Origin: an uncultured delta proteobacterium | GTDB lineage: Bacteria > Desulfobacterota > Binatia > Binatales > Binataceae | Direction of reading: 5' to 3' | Assembly: GCA_963755905.1 (NCBI GenBank) | Contig: CAVWLM010000006.1 | Span: 869,431-933,430, forward strand | Length of the DNA stretch: 64,000 bases | Shown: positions 17,849-27,373 of the stretch, one piece after another | Position numbering within the stretch: the first letter of the stretch is position 1 | Layout: each line of letters opens with the position of its first letter | Made by a program: the position numbers and the translations under genes | The notes under the pieces: generated by a model | Databases searched by the model: none | Told to the model about the DNA's origin: nothing | The model's input: only the letters and a program-made list of their open reading frames with translations

Positions 17849-19048
17849 TCAGTCGCGACAGGCACCCGCCAAACTGCATACGGCGACGCTTCTGCGGCCT
17901 TCGCGGAGATCGTTGCGGTCGTACCCATTGGTCAGATAGCCGAAGGAAATCCCGGTCGCCGGATCAGCCCATCCGATTTGCCCGCCGAAGCCCGGATGTC
18001 CGAAGGCTTCGGCCGAGTTCGTGCGTCCGAAACCGCGCAGATTCGCCTTGCCGTCACCGCCTGCGATCACGATTCCGAGTGCCCGATTCGCGGTTATGCC
18101 GCGCGCCTGATCGATCAAATTTCCACTGCGGATGCGCCGCGCCTCGCGCAACATCTCCGACTGCCAGATACGCGTGCCGTCATATGCCTTACCGTCATCG
18201 AGCAGGGCCTGGTAGAAGAGCGCGATATCGCCGGCCGTGGTCATCAGGCCCGCGGCCGGAAAATCCATCTCGCGGAGCTTCGGGTCGTTCATTTCCAACA
18301 CCACGTCCTCGTTGATGGAGTCCAGGTTGCCGCGCGGGGGCGTTACACCGAGCTTCCGATACTCCTCCTCCTTGGCGGGTTCACCGACCCACTTCACGTC
18401 GGCTAGCCGGTGTTGGATCGAGCGTGGCAATCCGATTCGCAGATCGGGCAGTCCGAGAGGCTCTGCGATTCGTTCACGCACGAAGTCGCCGAGACGCTTC
18501 CCCGTGATGCGCTCGATCGCATCCGCAATCGGCCAGTAATTCGCGTGTATATGGTAAACGAACTTCTCGCCCGGCGGATTCACGGGACGCCACTGGGCGA
18601 AGCGTTCCAGCCGCAGTTTGCGATCGCCCCAATCCTTGAAAGAGCCTGGCGCAACCGGAATGCCCGCGGTATGAATCAGCAAGTGCTCGATCGTCGTGGA
18701 CTCTTTGCCGTTGGTACCGTACTCCGGCACGTACTTGACGATCTTGTCCGCGGGACTGATTTTTCCTTCCTGGATGAGAAGCCATAGGGCCGACGAGGTT
18801 ATCGCCTTGGTCGCTGACATCGCGACGAAAACGGTCTCGTCGGTGGCCGGCTTGTCCACGCCGCCTTGCATCGCGCTGCCGAAAGTTTTCATCGCCGCGA
18901 TCTTGCCGTTGCGGGCGATTGCCACCTGACATGCTGGAAGAACGCCGTCTTTTACATCGCGCTCGGCGCGATCCATCAGCGCCTGCACCTTGTCCGGATT
19001 GAGACCTACTTCGGTCGCGCTATCAGCGAAGAATTTTTCCTCAGGCAT
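17849..19048 (-). CDS. Serine hydrolase, beta-lactamase/transpeptidase fold (class C / EstB-like)
   Basis: SxxK motif in VFVAMSATKAITSSALW, with the length and layout of class C beta-lactamase-family esterases. Confidence 0.85.
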   Translation of the reverse strand: MPEEKFFADSATEVGLNPDKVQALMDRAERDVKDGVLPACQVAIARNGKIAAMKTFGSAMQGGVDKPATDETVFVAMSATKAITSSALWLLIQEGKISPADKIVKYVPEYGTNGKESTTIEHLLIHTAGIPVAPGSFKDWGDRKLRLERFAQWRPVNPPGEKFVYHIHANYWPIADAIERITGKRLGDFVRERIAEPLGLPDLRIGLPRSIQHRLADVKWVGEPAKEEEYRKLGVTPPRGNLDSINEDVVLEMNDPKLREMDFPAAGLMTTAGDIALFYQALLDDGKAYDGTRIWQSEMLREARRIRSGNLIDQARGITANRALGIVIAGGDGKANLRGFGRTNSAEAFGHPGFGGQIGWADPATGISFGYLTNGYDRNDLREGRRSVAVCSLAGACRD

Positions 19049-19255
19049 CGGGCACTCCCTTTTGAGCGTTTCAGCCGCACGCGAGCGCGACGGCTAAGAT
19101 GCGTGATTCCTGAAGTGCTGCATGAACACGCGCGTCCCGGAATGTATGCGGCGCCATTGGCGATCAGCAATAGGCTGGTGGCATCTCGGGATGCGGGAAC
19201 AAATCGCTCCTTCTCACTTCCGTCTGTTCGCCACGCCGCTCGGACTATAGCAACG

Positions 19256-20319
19256 TCAATCTTCACACGGAAAATACGGCAACAAACCCGTGTCGGGGTG
19301 ACAGTTGACGTATTCGAATAACTGGCCTTCAGCCGGCAAAACGGAAACCTCGTGCCAGAGCTTCAACTTGAGATTCGATCCGTGCTCCCGCGCCATCGTC
19401 AGGAATTTTGAAAAGATCGCCAGATGCGTGGGATGAGTCGAGGACCATTTCTCCAGGTGTCCCAGCGTCAGGAAATAGCCCAAACCGAAAGTCCTCTTCA
19501 GAGGCGAACCGTCGCGGTTCGTTTCTTCGGCGAAACGTAGGTCACAGCATCCGGTTTCGTCCGGGTGATCGCGCAGAAAGCTCATTCCCTCGAGAAGCGC
19601 CGGTTGCACCGACTCTCTATATTGGGCCAATTCGGGGCCTGCACAATTGGTCCAGTCCTGCCCGGAGCGAATGATTGCGAGATTCTCCGGGACCCTGACC
19701 CTGAGCCGACGGTTCGCCCTGGCCGTTGCGCCTAGCCGTGGAAGACGCTCGCCAAGAGGGCTAAGGAGACCGTCGTTGGCTGAGACCGGGATGCGGTCGC
19801 GCATGCTGCCCCAATAATTGTGCTCGCGGATGGGACCTATAACCGGACAACCGCCTGTCTTCGCCACACCGATCAGACAATCGTAAGTGAAGAGGGTCTC
19901 GAATCGGTTAGGCGGGATCTGAGAATCTCGCGAAAATGTCCTTGCCCATCGTTCAGACGGGCCGGATCGCTCCACCAGGCCGCGAAACCGGACTTGTCTT
20001 TCCATCTTTCGTAGCTGGCGGGATCTGTCCAGTACGCGGATAAAAGGAAATTGCGATATCCGGCACGATCGACAAAATTTGCGCTTTCGATGTTCGCGGG
20101 AGCGTCCGCGGAATCCAAGAACTCATCCATTTGCGACCCAGGTCGCCCATGATCGTGCGATTCAAACTGCGTCCCGAAGTATGCCATCACGACTGGCGTC
20201 GTCAGTTGCGCGAAACTGACCGACCAGGCTGGCGCAGGTGGCCTCCAATCCGGAGGCATGAATCGCGGTGAGGGCGAAAGAGCAACCAATTCCCGCCGCT
20301 CGTCCAGCTTTTTGCCCAT
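19256..20319 (-). pseudogene. oxd: Aldoxime dehydratase (Oxd family) interrupted by a single-nucleotide frameshift
   Basis: ORF 19873-20319 encodes the Oxd N-terminus (...AYFGTQF...YWTDPASYERW...WWSDPARLNDGQGHFREIL). ORF 19256-20005 in another frame continues with ...IPPNRFETLFTYD...HNYWGSMRDR...RSGQDW...THPTHLAIF...LWHEVSV...YVNCHP. The span is 1064 nt (3n+2). The junction is near 19918-19923. Confidence 0.8.
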
Positions 20320-20454
20320 GGCGCCCTTACCTCTTCAAACCTGGCCGGTCACCTTTGACTGAATTGCTCGAAGAGGCGCTTAACTAAAGACGATCGGGAC
20401 GCGGCGCTCAGCGAGTTTCAGCCATCCGGAATCGGGCTTCTTTCGATCAAGAGT

Positions 20455-21705
20455 TTACATCTCTGCTGTACGCTTGACGTTCTCGCGCGCGAGATCGATT
20501 TGCAGTTTGGAATCGGCGGCCCGAACTTCTTTCGGTTTGCTGCCAAGTTCCTGGCGTACGATGTTTGCTCCCTCCACCATGGAGACGGCTTTATGAAAGG
20601 CGACCATACGATTGCAGCCCTGCCGGCCAAATCCACAATCCGTCGACAGGACGATCTGCTCAGGATCGATGAACTTCATCGCGCGTCTGATATCCGCCGC
20701 AACTTCCTGTGGCGTTTCAACTTGTATGTACCGATGACTGATAACTCCGAGCGCCACTTTTTTAGGCCACTTCCTGCCTTTGTATGTTCCAAATAGTTCG
20801 AGGTCCGCGAAGTTGCGCTCTTTCATTTCGACAGTCCAGACATCGCCATGCATTCGTTCCATGTAGGCCTCGAAAGTATGGGAGTAGGACGTATCGTCCA
20901 CGACTTTCTGCATATTTGGGTTGCCCCAGCAGGTGTGGATCCAGACTTCAACATTCTCGAGCCCCTGAACTTCCCGATTGTGCGCATCAACGAGGAAGTC
21001 CAGGAAACCCTTGTCGGTTTTTGTCGTTGCGGCCAGATGAATCAGCGGATCTTCGATCTGGATCACCTGGCATCCAGCCGCAGCGAGCTCGCGCAGTTCC
21101 TCGTTAGCCGCCACACTCATATCCCAGATCAGCTCGCGTTTGTCCGTCTTGTACTTGTCGGTTTTGACTTCGAGCATCGAGGCGAGGACTTGTGCGCTTA
21201 CCGTGCCAAACTTCACCGGCCGGGTGGTTTTAGCCTGCGCCACGCGCCAGATCTTGGCAAACTCCCACGACCGTCCATGCGAAAGCTTTTCTACTACCGC
21301 GGGATAGCGCCAGCCACCCATGACCTCGTTCAAAATGGATCCGGGTCGGTATGTCCATTCTTCACTCGTCGCATAGCTCTCTTCCCGCGAAACGCCCACC
21401 ATGCGTTCGGCCGGAAACAATAGCCATGACAGCCCGCCGAGATCTTCGTCCAGGTGATAGTCGCCGTTTGTAAGAATATCCAGACCGGCCTGTTCTTGGT
21501 CGGACAGGACGGAAGCAACGGCGTCTAAAAACTTTTCTCGATAATCGACATCTTTCATCGCATCGGAAAGCCGCCTTCCCCAAAGGCTTTTGTCGAACCA
21601 TCGTGGACGCGGCCATGAGCCCGTTACCGTGGTCGGAAATAACTGGTTCCGTGTGGCGTTGTACACTTCGTCCTTCCTCCGTTGTCTTGGTGCAGGTTTC
21701 AGCAA
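20455..21705 (-). CDS. Cobalamin-independent methionine synthase (MetE C-terminal/Meth_synt_2)-like protein
   Basis: 416 aa. TTVTGSWPRPRWF, HTCWGNP and STDCGFG motifs are Zn-ligand positions of the MetE-like/URO-D-like fold. Confidence 0.8.
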   Translation of the reverse strand: MLKPAPRQRRKDEVYNATRNQLFPTTVTGSWPRPRWFDKSLWGRRLSDAMKDVDYREKFLDAVASVLSDQEQAGLDILTNGDYHLDEDLGGLSWLLFPAERMVGVSREESYATSEEWTYRPGSILNEVMGGWRYPAVVEKLSHGRSWEFAKIWRVAQAKTTRPVKFGTVSAQVLASMLEVKTDKYKTDKRELIWDMSVAANEELRELAAAGCQVIQIEDPLIHLAATTKTDKGFLDFLVDAHNREVQGLENVEVWIHTCWGNPNMQKVVDDTSYSHTFEAYMERMHGDVWTVEMKERNFADLELFGTYKGRKWPKKVALGVISHRYIQVETPQEVAADIRRAMKFIDPEQIVLSTDCGFGRQGCNRMVAFHKAVSMVEGANIVRQELGSKPKEVRAADSKLQIDLARENVKRTAEM

Positions 21706-21736
21706 CCGTTGTGGGAGCTGTGCCCAGGTCGATTTT

Positions 21737-23023
21737 CTAGGCCGCCAACTCGTCGCGTCGTGCGCGGACGCGCTGGAATGGCTTATAAAATGATCCGTCC
21801 TTCATGATCGCCAGCAAGTTTGCACGGTCCTGGAACAAGGTGAGATCATAGACGGGATTACCGTCCACCAGCAGAATGTCGGCGAGATAGCCAGGAGCTA
21901 TACGTCCTAACTTCTCGCCCGATTGCCCAGCCCATGCTTCGCCGCCCCATGCGGTGGCAGCGCGCAGGGCTTCCCACGGCTCGTAACCGAACAGATACAC
22001 GAAATGCTCGAGGTCGCGCGCCTCGGTGCCGTGGGGCAGCCAAGCGAAGCCATAGTCTCCGAAGGGCAGAACCTTGATACCGGCCGCGCGCATTTTACGA
22101 ATGACCTTGATCCCTTCTTCGAGCTCGCGCTTGTTGCCGATCATCTCGGCGACATCCGTAGTAATGCCCCACGCGGAAGCCTCGTAAGTGGTGTTGTAGC
22201 GCGCGGCGATTGCCGGTGACACATAATGCTTGTGCTTCACCTGTTCCAACCGCTCGATCGTCTCATCCGTTGCGAAGGTTGCGTGCAGGATCAGCTCGAC
22301 CCCATGCTTCATACATTGACGGACAGAAGAATCCGCGTGCGCATGAGCGGCGAGGCGCTTGCCGACATTAAGTGTGGTCTCGCAGATCGCCGCCACCTCC
22401 ATATCCGTCATCGGATTCTGGTCGGCCGCCATCCGCGGGTAACAGAAGCTGTCACCTGAATTGTTAAACTTGATGAGATCGACGCCCTCGCGGATCATCG
22501 TGCGCACAGTTTTGCGAAACTCGTCCGCCCCATCGCATATAATCGAGATCGAGGGGTGTTCCTGAGCGTATTTGTTATCGTCGGCGAGACCACCGGTCAC
22601 GGTAAGTTCGGGAGAGCACGCGAGCAGGCGCGGCCCCGGAATCTTCCCTTTGTTGATCTCATTGCGAATTACTATGTCCAAACGGGGCTTTGCCGAAGCC
22701 GCGCCGATCGCCGACGTAAACCCCATGTCAAGCGCGAGCTTGGCGTGGTGCATCGTGAGGAGAACGTGCTCTTCCACCGGCAGGGCGGTCAATTCGGCTA
22801 CCGAGGCACCGTTGGCGTAGGACAGGTGAGAGTGAGTATTGACGAGTCCTGGCATGAGCGTTGCGCCGCCGGCGTCTACGACTTCACATCCGGTCCTCTG
22901 CAGGGTTTGCCCGGGCTTAGCAACTGCTTCGATCCGGTTCCCCTGTACCAACACTTCACCGGGGACGAGATTTGCCTCCGTACCCTCAAAAATCGCAACG
23001 TTCGTAAACAAGATTCTGGCCAT
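21737..23023 (-). CDS. Amidohydrolase family protein (metal-dependent hydrolase)
   Basis: Starts at internal ATG 23023 (MARILFTNVAIFEG...) preceded by GGAGA. LMPGLVNTHSHLS is the His-x-His metal motif. The upstream 90 codons of the tracked ORF are R-rich and not protein-like. Confidence 0.85.
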   Translation of the reverse strand: MARILFTNVAIFEGTEANLVPGEVLVQGNRIEAVAKPGQTLQRTGCEVVDAGGATLMPGLVNTHSHLSYANGASVAELTALPVEEHVLLTMHHAKLALDMGFTSAIGAASAKPRLDIVIRNEINKGKIPGPRLLACSPELTVTGGLADDNKYAQEHPSISIICDGADEFRKTVRTMIREGVDLIKFNNSGDSFCYPRMAADQNPMTDMEVAAICETTLNVGKRLAAHAHADSSVRQCMKHGVELILHATFATDETIERLEQVKHKHYVSPAIAARYNTTYEASAWGITTDVAEMIGNKRELEEGIKVIRKMRAAGIKVLPFGDYGFAWLPHGTEARDLEHFVYLFGYEPWEALRAATAWGGEAWAGQSGEKLGRIAPGYLADILLVDGNPVYDLTLFQDRANLLAIMKDGSFYKPFQRVRARRDELAA

Positions 23024-23046
23024 GGTATTTTCTCCAATCCTGGGTT

Positions 23047-23442
23047 TTACCAGACCGGTCCTTTTTCGCTTTCCACCCGCAGCTTTATCGGCATCACCGT
23101 CGCGGCAAGCTTGTCCCGCAGCCGCAATGGCAATTGGTCGCGCGCTATATCTCCGTTTTCGGTTTCCGCGTAGCGCGCGGCAACTTCGAATAGAGCGGGA
23201 ACGTCGCCAACGTCCAATCCCGAAAACCGCAGTGTCGCTTTGCCCGGCGTCCGTAAAGTCGCGTTGCAAGGAGTTGGGCACCCCATTAGACATTCAACGC
23301 ATCGAATGGGCCGAGCTAATCCTAGATCTCGAGCATAGCTCTCCGCCGCATCGGCGAGGTCGCGACCGCGTCGTCGATCAGTGACCGACGCGGCATAGCG
23401 CGAGCACGTCACGCACACGTAGAGCAGAGGCGAGGCATTCAC
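23047..23442 (-). CDS. DUF1636-type predicted metal-binding protein
   Basis: 131 aa. Cys clusters YVCVTCSR and CVECLMGCPTPC are typical of DUF1636. The GTG start overlaps the upstream stop (GTGA). Confidence 0.6.
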   Translation of the reverse strand: MNASPLLYVCVTCSRYAASVTDRRRGRDLADAAESYARDLGLARPIRCVECLMGCPTPCNATLRTPGKATLRFSGLDVGDVPALFEVAARYAETENGDIARDQLPLRLRDKLAATVMPIKLRVESEKGPVW

Positions 23443-24248
23443 GACCTGATGTCCTGGGCGCGCCCTCGCTGCCGCAAGGTCGCGAAAAACTTTGCCAGCA
23501 AATAGTTCGAGTGGCTTGCGCGTTCAATCGTGGGCCAGTGACCGCAACCTGGCACGACCGCGAGTTCGACGTCCGCCAGGTTGCTCGCCATTGCGCGTGC
23601 GGTATCGACTGGGGCCGTCTTGTCGGAGTCGCCAGTTACTAATAGAACCGCGCATCGGATTCCCGTCAAATCAACAGCCGTTGCAGAGGCCAGCGCCTCG
23701 CAATTTTTGGCATAGCCCTCGGGTGACTGAGTCATGATCGATTCGCGTACGAAGGCCAAAGCGGCCGGTTGGTGGGTACGCACGTCCTCGGCGATGCCGT
23801 TGGCAACTATGGTGTCGGCGATCGGCCTCATCCCATGTTTTCGCGCGTTATCGGCGCGCGTGCGCAGGGCATCGCGGGCGGCTGATGGAGGTTCCGGAAA
23901 AGCACCGAACAACGCCAGGCTAACGACTCCCTTGGGCCAGCGCGCCGCGAAATGCTGACAAATGATAGTGCCCATAGAGTGCCCGACCAGATGAAATCGT
24001 TCGATGCCCAGTTGAGTCGCTACGTGGGCAAGGTCTTCGACATGCCGCTCGATGGTCAGTCGCTCGGGTAGCGGCGATCGTCCCGAGCCGGCCAGGTCGT
24101 AAGCGACGACCCGATGATCGTGCTTCAAGACATGAGTTTGCGGAGCAAAAGTGTTTGAAGTTCCGCCGAGTCCATGAACGAAGAGGATGAAATCGCCCGA
24201 TCCTCCCTGGTCGTCGATAGAAAGCCCCCTCGCTGACTCCTGGACCAT
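23439..24248 (-). CDS. Alpha/beta hydrolase (enol-lactonase-like)
   Basis: FILFVHGLGGTSNTF (oxyanion HG), nucleophile elbow VGHSMGT and C-terminal GCGHW His. Confidence 0.85.
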   Translation of the reverse strand: MVQESARGLSIDDQGGSGDFILFVHGLGGTSNTFAPQTHVLKHDHRVVAYDLAGSGRSPLPERLTIERHVEDLAHVATQLGIERFHLVGHSMGTIICQHFAARWPKGVVSLALFGAFPEPPSAARDALRTRADNARKHGMRPIADTIVANGIAEDVRTHQPAALAFVRESIMTQSPEGYAKNCEALASATAVDLTGIRCAVLLVTGDSDKTAPVDTARAMASNLADVELAVVPGCGHWPTIERASHSNYLLAKFFATLRQRGRAQDIRS

Positions 24249-24533
24249 ATCCCTTCTCCATTGCGACGGTTGTTGTTCCGCCGCATCGACCGGTTCAATG
24301 CACCGGCCTCAAGTCCGTTGGATACACGATGTCGGGCGATCTGGCAAAGGTGCCTCGGCTGCAAATGCCGCTCACGGCCGACAGGCGCACCCTTGGTCCC
24401 ATCGTGTTACGGTTACGTCTCGAGAAAAAAGCGTGATGTCGGCCTGGCTGGGGCTCGATCAAGCGTCGAGATATCGAATATTCATCCTCGGTGCCCGACC
24501 CTCATTGACTTCCCCCAAGCCCAATTGTAGGCC

Positions 24534-24555
24534 ATTGGTTGCAAACTGAACCAAT
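24534..24555. promoter_or_regulatory. Perfect 7-bp inverted repeat ATTGGTT-N8-AACCAAT, candidate GntR operator
   Basis: Read directly from the sequence. It lies in the divergent intergenic region between the hydrolase operon (start 24248, minus) and the GntR gene (start 24674, plus). Confidence 0.35.
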
Positions 24556-24673
24556 AGAACACGCGCGTCTTGATTGTCAAGGCAATTTGGCGAATTAGGC
24601 TGATGCCTTGCTTGTGAGATGCTCCTGGCCGCGAGTATATTGGCTCATCATTGGATCATTTAATGAACCAGCA

Positions 24674-25387
24674 ATGAACGCGACGAACATTCGACGGCGT
24701 GCGCATCAAAGAGTCGCGGACGTCCGGACTTTCATTTTGGCGAATATCGCAAAGGGCCTCTGGAAACCGGGCGACAAGCTGCCAACCGAACGCGAGCTAG
24801 GTGCGCGTTTTCGTTTGGCTCGAAATACCCTGCGCCGAGGGTTGACCGAATTGGTGGAAGAGAGGCGGATTACCCGCCAGGTGGGTCGCGGCACCTTCGT
24901 TGCCCCCACAGAGCCAAACGGCGCCTCCCAACTGACAATTGAGGCAGACCTTGCAGCGCGCATTCTACGCGCAAGTCCGGCCGAGGTTATGGATCTGCGA
25001 TTGATGATCGAGCCCCAGGCAATCGAACGTGCAACCGCACGTGCCACAGGCGACGACCTGGACGCTATGCAGGAGTGCCTGAAACGCGGCCACGCGGCAC
25101 GGTCAGTGATGGAGTTCGAGCACTGGGACGCGGCACTTCACAAGTGCATCGTCGCCGCCGCGTCTAATACTCTGCTCGCGACGCTCTATGATGCAGTCAA
25201 CCTGGTCCGGCACCAGGCTGAATGGGGTCGGCTCAAGGAACGCACCCTGACGTCAGAACGCAGAAAAGCCTACGAGGCACAGCATCGGCGGATCGTAGAG
25301 ATGTTGTGCGATCGTGATCCCGAAGAAGCGGTTGCGGCTCTGCGTAGCCACCTCATGTCGGTTCGCCGAAACTTACTGGGCGAGTGA
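24674..25387 (+). CDS. GntR family transcriptional regulator (FadR/FCD subfamily)
   Basis: The wHTH KLPTERELGARFRLARNTLRRGL is followed by an all-helical FCD-type domain. ATG 24674 is preferred over the upstream TTG 24608. Confidence 0.85.
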   Translation: MNATNIRRRAHQRVADVRTFILANIAKGLWKPGDKLPTERELGARFRLARNTLRRGLTELVEERRITRQVGRGTFVAPTEPNGASQLTIEADLAARILRASPAEVMDLRLMIEPQAIERATARATGDDLDAMQECLKRGHAARSVMEFEHWDAALHKCIVAAASNTLLATLYDAVNLVRHQAEWGRLKERTLTSERRKAYEAQHRRIVEMLCDRDPEEAVAALRSHLMSVRRNLLGE

Positions 25388-25408
25388 TTTTCCTGATTTG
25401 ACGCACGA

Positions 25409-26287
25409 TTAAATTCGGTCCGTCAGGCCCGGGATGAAAAGCGGTTCCATCGCATAGTTCGCAACGTCGGCTTCCATCGCCTCGCGCGCGGGCGCCGTGG
25501 GCGACTCGAGAGCGGCTTCCAGAATGTAGCGCAGGATCGTCGTGTCGCTCGACGTGTTGAGAAAGAGCCCTGGCCGGCTCAAGACAAAATGGACGGCCCG
25601 GCGCAGAGCATCGCGTTCGCGCAAAGGCTCGTACCAACTATATTTAGGCTCGTTCCCGTTATGCCATCGTCGTCGCGCGGCGGACTTGATTGTCTGAGTG
25701 GCGACCCCGCGCTCCTGGCACAGCTTAACCAGCGCCTCGACATCGGCTGCGTATTGCGGAATTGCCAACATCGTGAAGTTGTATGGAAACAAGACGGAGT
25801 CGAAAGCGAATCGATCAAGGCTGCGCAGATGCATCGCGGCAATCTGCGAGCCATGGCCTGTAACACCGATGAATCGCACGAGCCCCTCCGCGCGCGCCTC
25901 GATCAGCGCTTCGAGCGCGCCGTGCGATCCGAAAGCCGTTTGCCATTCGGCTTCCTCGGCCAGGTTGTGCAACTGGATAAGATCGATCTGATCGACCTTC
26001 AGGCGTTCGAGCGAGCGATGGAGGCTCGTCCGTGCGCCCTCGTATGTCCGATCCCCCGTCTTGGTCGCCAGGAAAAAATCTTTGCGATGCTCGCGCATCC
26101 AGGGGCCGATTCGCAGTTCCGAATCGCCATAAGAGGCGGCGGTGTCGATATGGTTGATGCCATACTCGAGCAGCAGATCGAATATCGGGTTGGCCTTATC
26201 CTGTGTCATCTTGCCGAGCGCCGCGGCTCCAAAAATAACGCGTGTGCTTCGATGGCCGGTGTTTCCGAATGGGTGTTTCGCGATCAC
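25409..26287 (-). CDS. Aldo/keto reductase
   Basis: GNTGHRSTRVIFGAAALG...GINHIDTAASYGDSE is a typical AKR N-terminus (Asp-Tyr catalytic region). Confidence 0.85.
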   Translation of the reverse strand: MIAKHPFGNTGHRSTRVIFGAAALGKMTQDKANPIFDLLLEYGINHIDTAASYGDSELRIGPWMREHRKDFFLATKTGDRTYEGARTSLHRSLERLKVDQIDLIQLHNLAEEAEWQTAFGSHGALEALIEARAEGLVRFIGVTGHGSQIAAMHLRSLDRFAFDSVLFPYNFTMLAIPQYAADVEALVKLCQERGVATQTIKSAARRRWHNGNEPKYSWYEPLRERDALRRAVHFVLSRPGLFLNTSSDTTILRYILEAALESPTAPAREAMEADVANYAMEPLFIPGLTDRI

Positions 26288-26360
26288 GTTCCACCTCGGC
26301 TTTGATGTCTTGCGCGATTCCTATCCAGCATCCCGGATTGCGGAACCGCCCCGCGCGGGC

Positions 26361-27068
26361 TTATTTCGTGCTTTTCGCCTCGTCACTACGGCGGGCGTCG
26401 GGAACAAGGTATTCGCTGACGTGACTGGGCAATGCAATCGTCGGATCGAGTTTCTCATCGGCGATTGCCGGACCCGCTTCGAGCCGCAGCGGAATTACGC
26501 CCGCCCAGTGCGGAAGCGAGTAGTCGGCTTCTTCATCACCAGGGCCGCCGGTTCGGATTTTTGCCGAAGCTTCCGTCAGCGGAAGCTCGACGACTAGCGT
26601 TGCAGCGAGTTCCTCAGGCGATGGTTGGCGCACACCTGACCAGCGGCCGGGCACGACATGTTCGACCAGCGCACGCAGCACCTCGAGCTTTCGCTCGGCC
26701 TCGACGATTCGAGCCGGCCCGATAACAACCACTGACCTGTAGTTGATCGAGTGATAGAACGCGGAGCGTGCGAGTACGAGACCATCGATGTGCGTGATAG
26801 TTACACAGATTTCGCCGCCCGCCGTCGCCGTACGGAGCATATGATTCGCTCCCGCCCCGTGAAGGTAAAGGTTGTCGCCGATTCGCACATGCAGAGTCGG
26901 GATCACGCGCGGCACGTTGTCGACGATGAATCCCACATGACACACCAGCGCGCGGTCGACGATCGAGTAAATCGTATTCTGGTCGTAACTGGCGCGCTTC
27001 GCATAGCGGCGCAAGCGCGTTCGAGGAGTTGGTGCGAGTTCTTTCATTTTGATCCTATCGATCGGCAT
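26361..27068 (-). CDS. Pyridoxamine 5'-phosphate oxidase-like FMN-binding protein
   Basis: RLRRYAKRASYDQNTIYSIVDRALVCHVGF... is typical of the PNPOx-like (Pyridox_ox_2) split-barrel family. Confidence 0.7.
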   Translation of the reverse strand: MPIDRIKMKELAPTPRTRLRRYAKRASYDQNTIYSIVDRALVCHVGFIVDNVPRVIPTLHVRIGDNLYLHGAGANHMLRTATAGGEICVTITHIDGLVLARSAFYHSINYRSVVVIGPARIVEAERKLEVLRALVEHVVPGRWSGVRQPSPEELAATLVVELPLTEASAKIRTGGPGDEEADYSLPHWAGVIPLRLEAGPAIADEKLDPTIALPSHVSEYLVPDARRSDEAKSTK

Positions 27069-27179
27069 CGCGACGCACGAATATTAACGCGCATCTGGCG
27101 TGCGCAAGGAACAGTCCACATCGAAACTCACCGTTCCATCAGCGGTAGTCGTTGTCTTCGAGCAGCAGAGTATCCAGCG

Positions 27180-27198
27180 ATTGACGGATCGCGTCAAT
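27180..27198. promoter_or_regulatory. Inverted repeat ATTGACG-N5-CGTCAAT in the divergent region upstream of the HTH/PBP regulator
   Basis: Read directly from the sequence. A 10-nt direct repeat CACGAATATT also flanks it at 27076-27085 and 27213-27222. Confidence 0.25.
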
Positions 27199-27373
27199 TC
27201 GCGGGCGCAAGCCACGAATATTTTCTCGAAGTACTGACATACAACTAGTCGCTTCGAAGCGACCCTCTCCACTTGGCAGACGTTGAATCCCATTCAGCCG
27301 ATGGGACAGGGGGCTTTTCGACTTTACGCCAGTTCCGAAACTGTGCCATGATAAGAGCGTTCTGCTTTCTAAC

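Noticed and set aside
23024-23293. N-terminal 90 codons of the tracked 518-aa ORF
   Set aside because: It overlaps the DUF1636 gene out of frame. A GGAGA RBS and a typical amidohydrolase N-terminus are found at ATG 23023.
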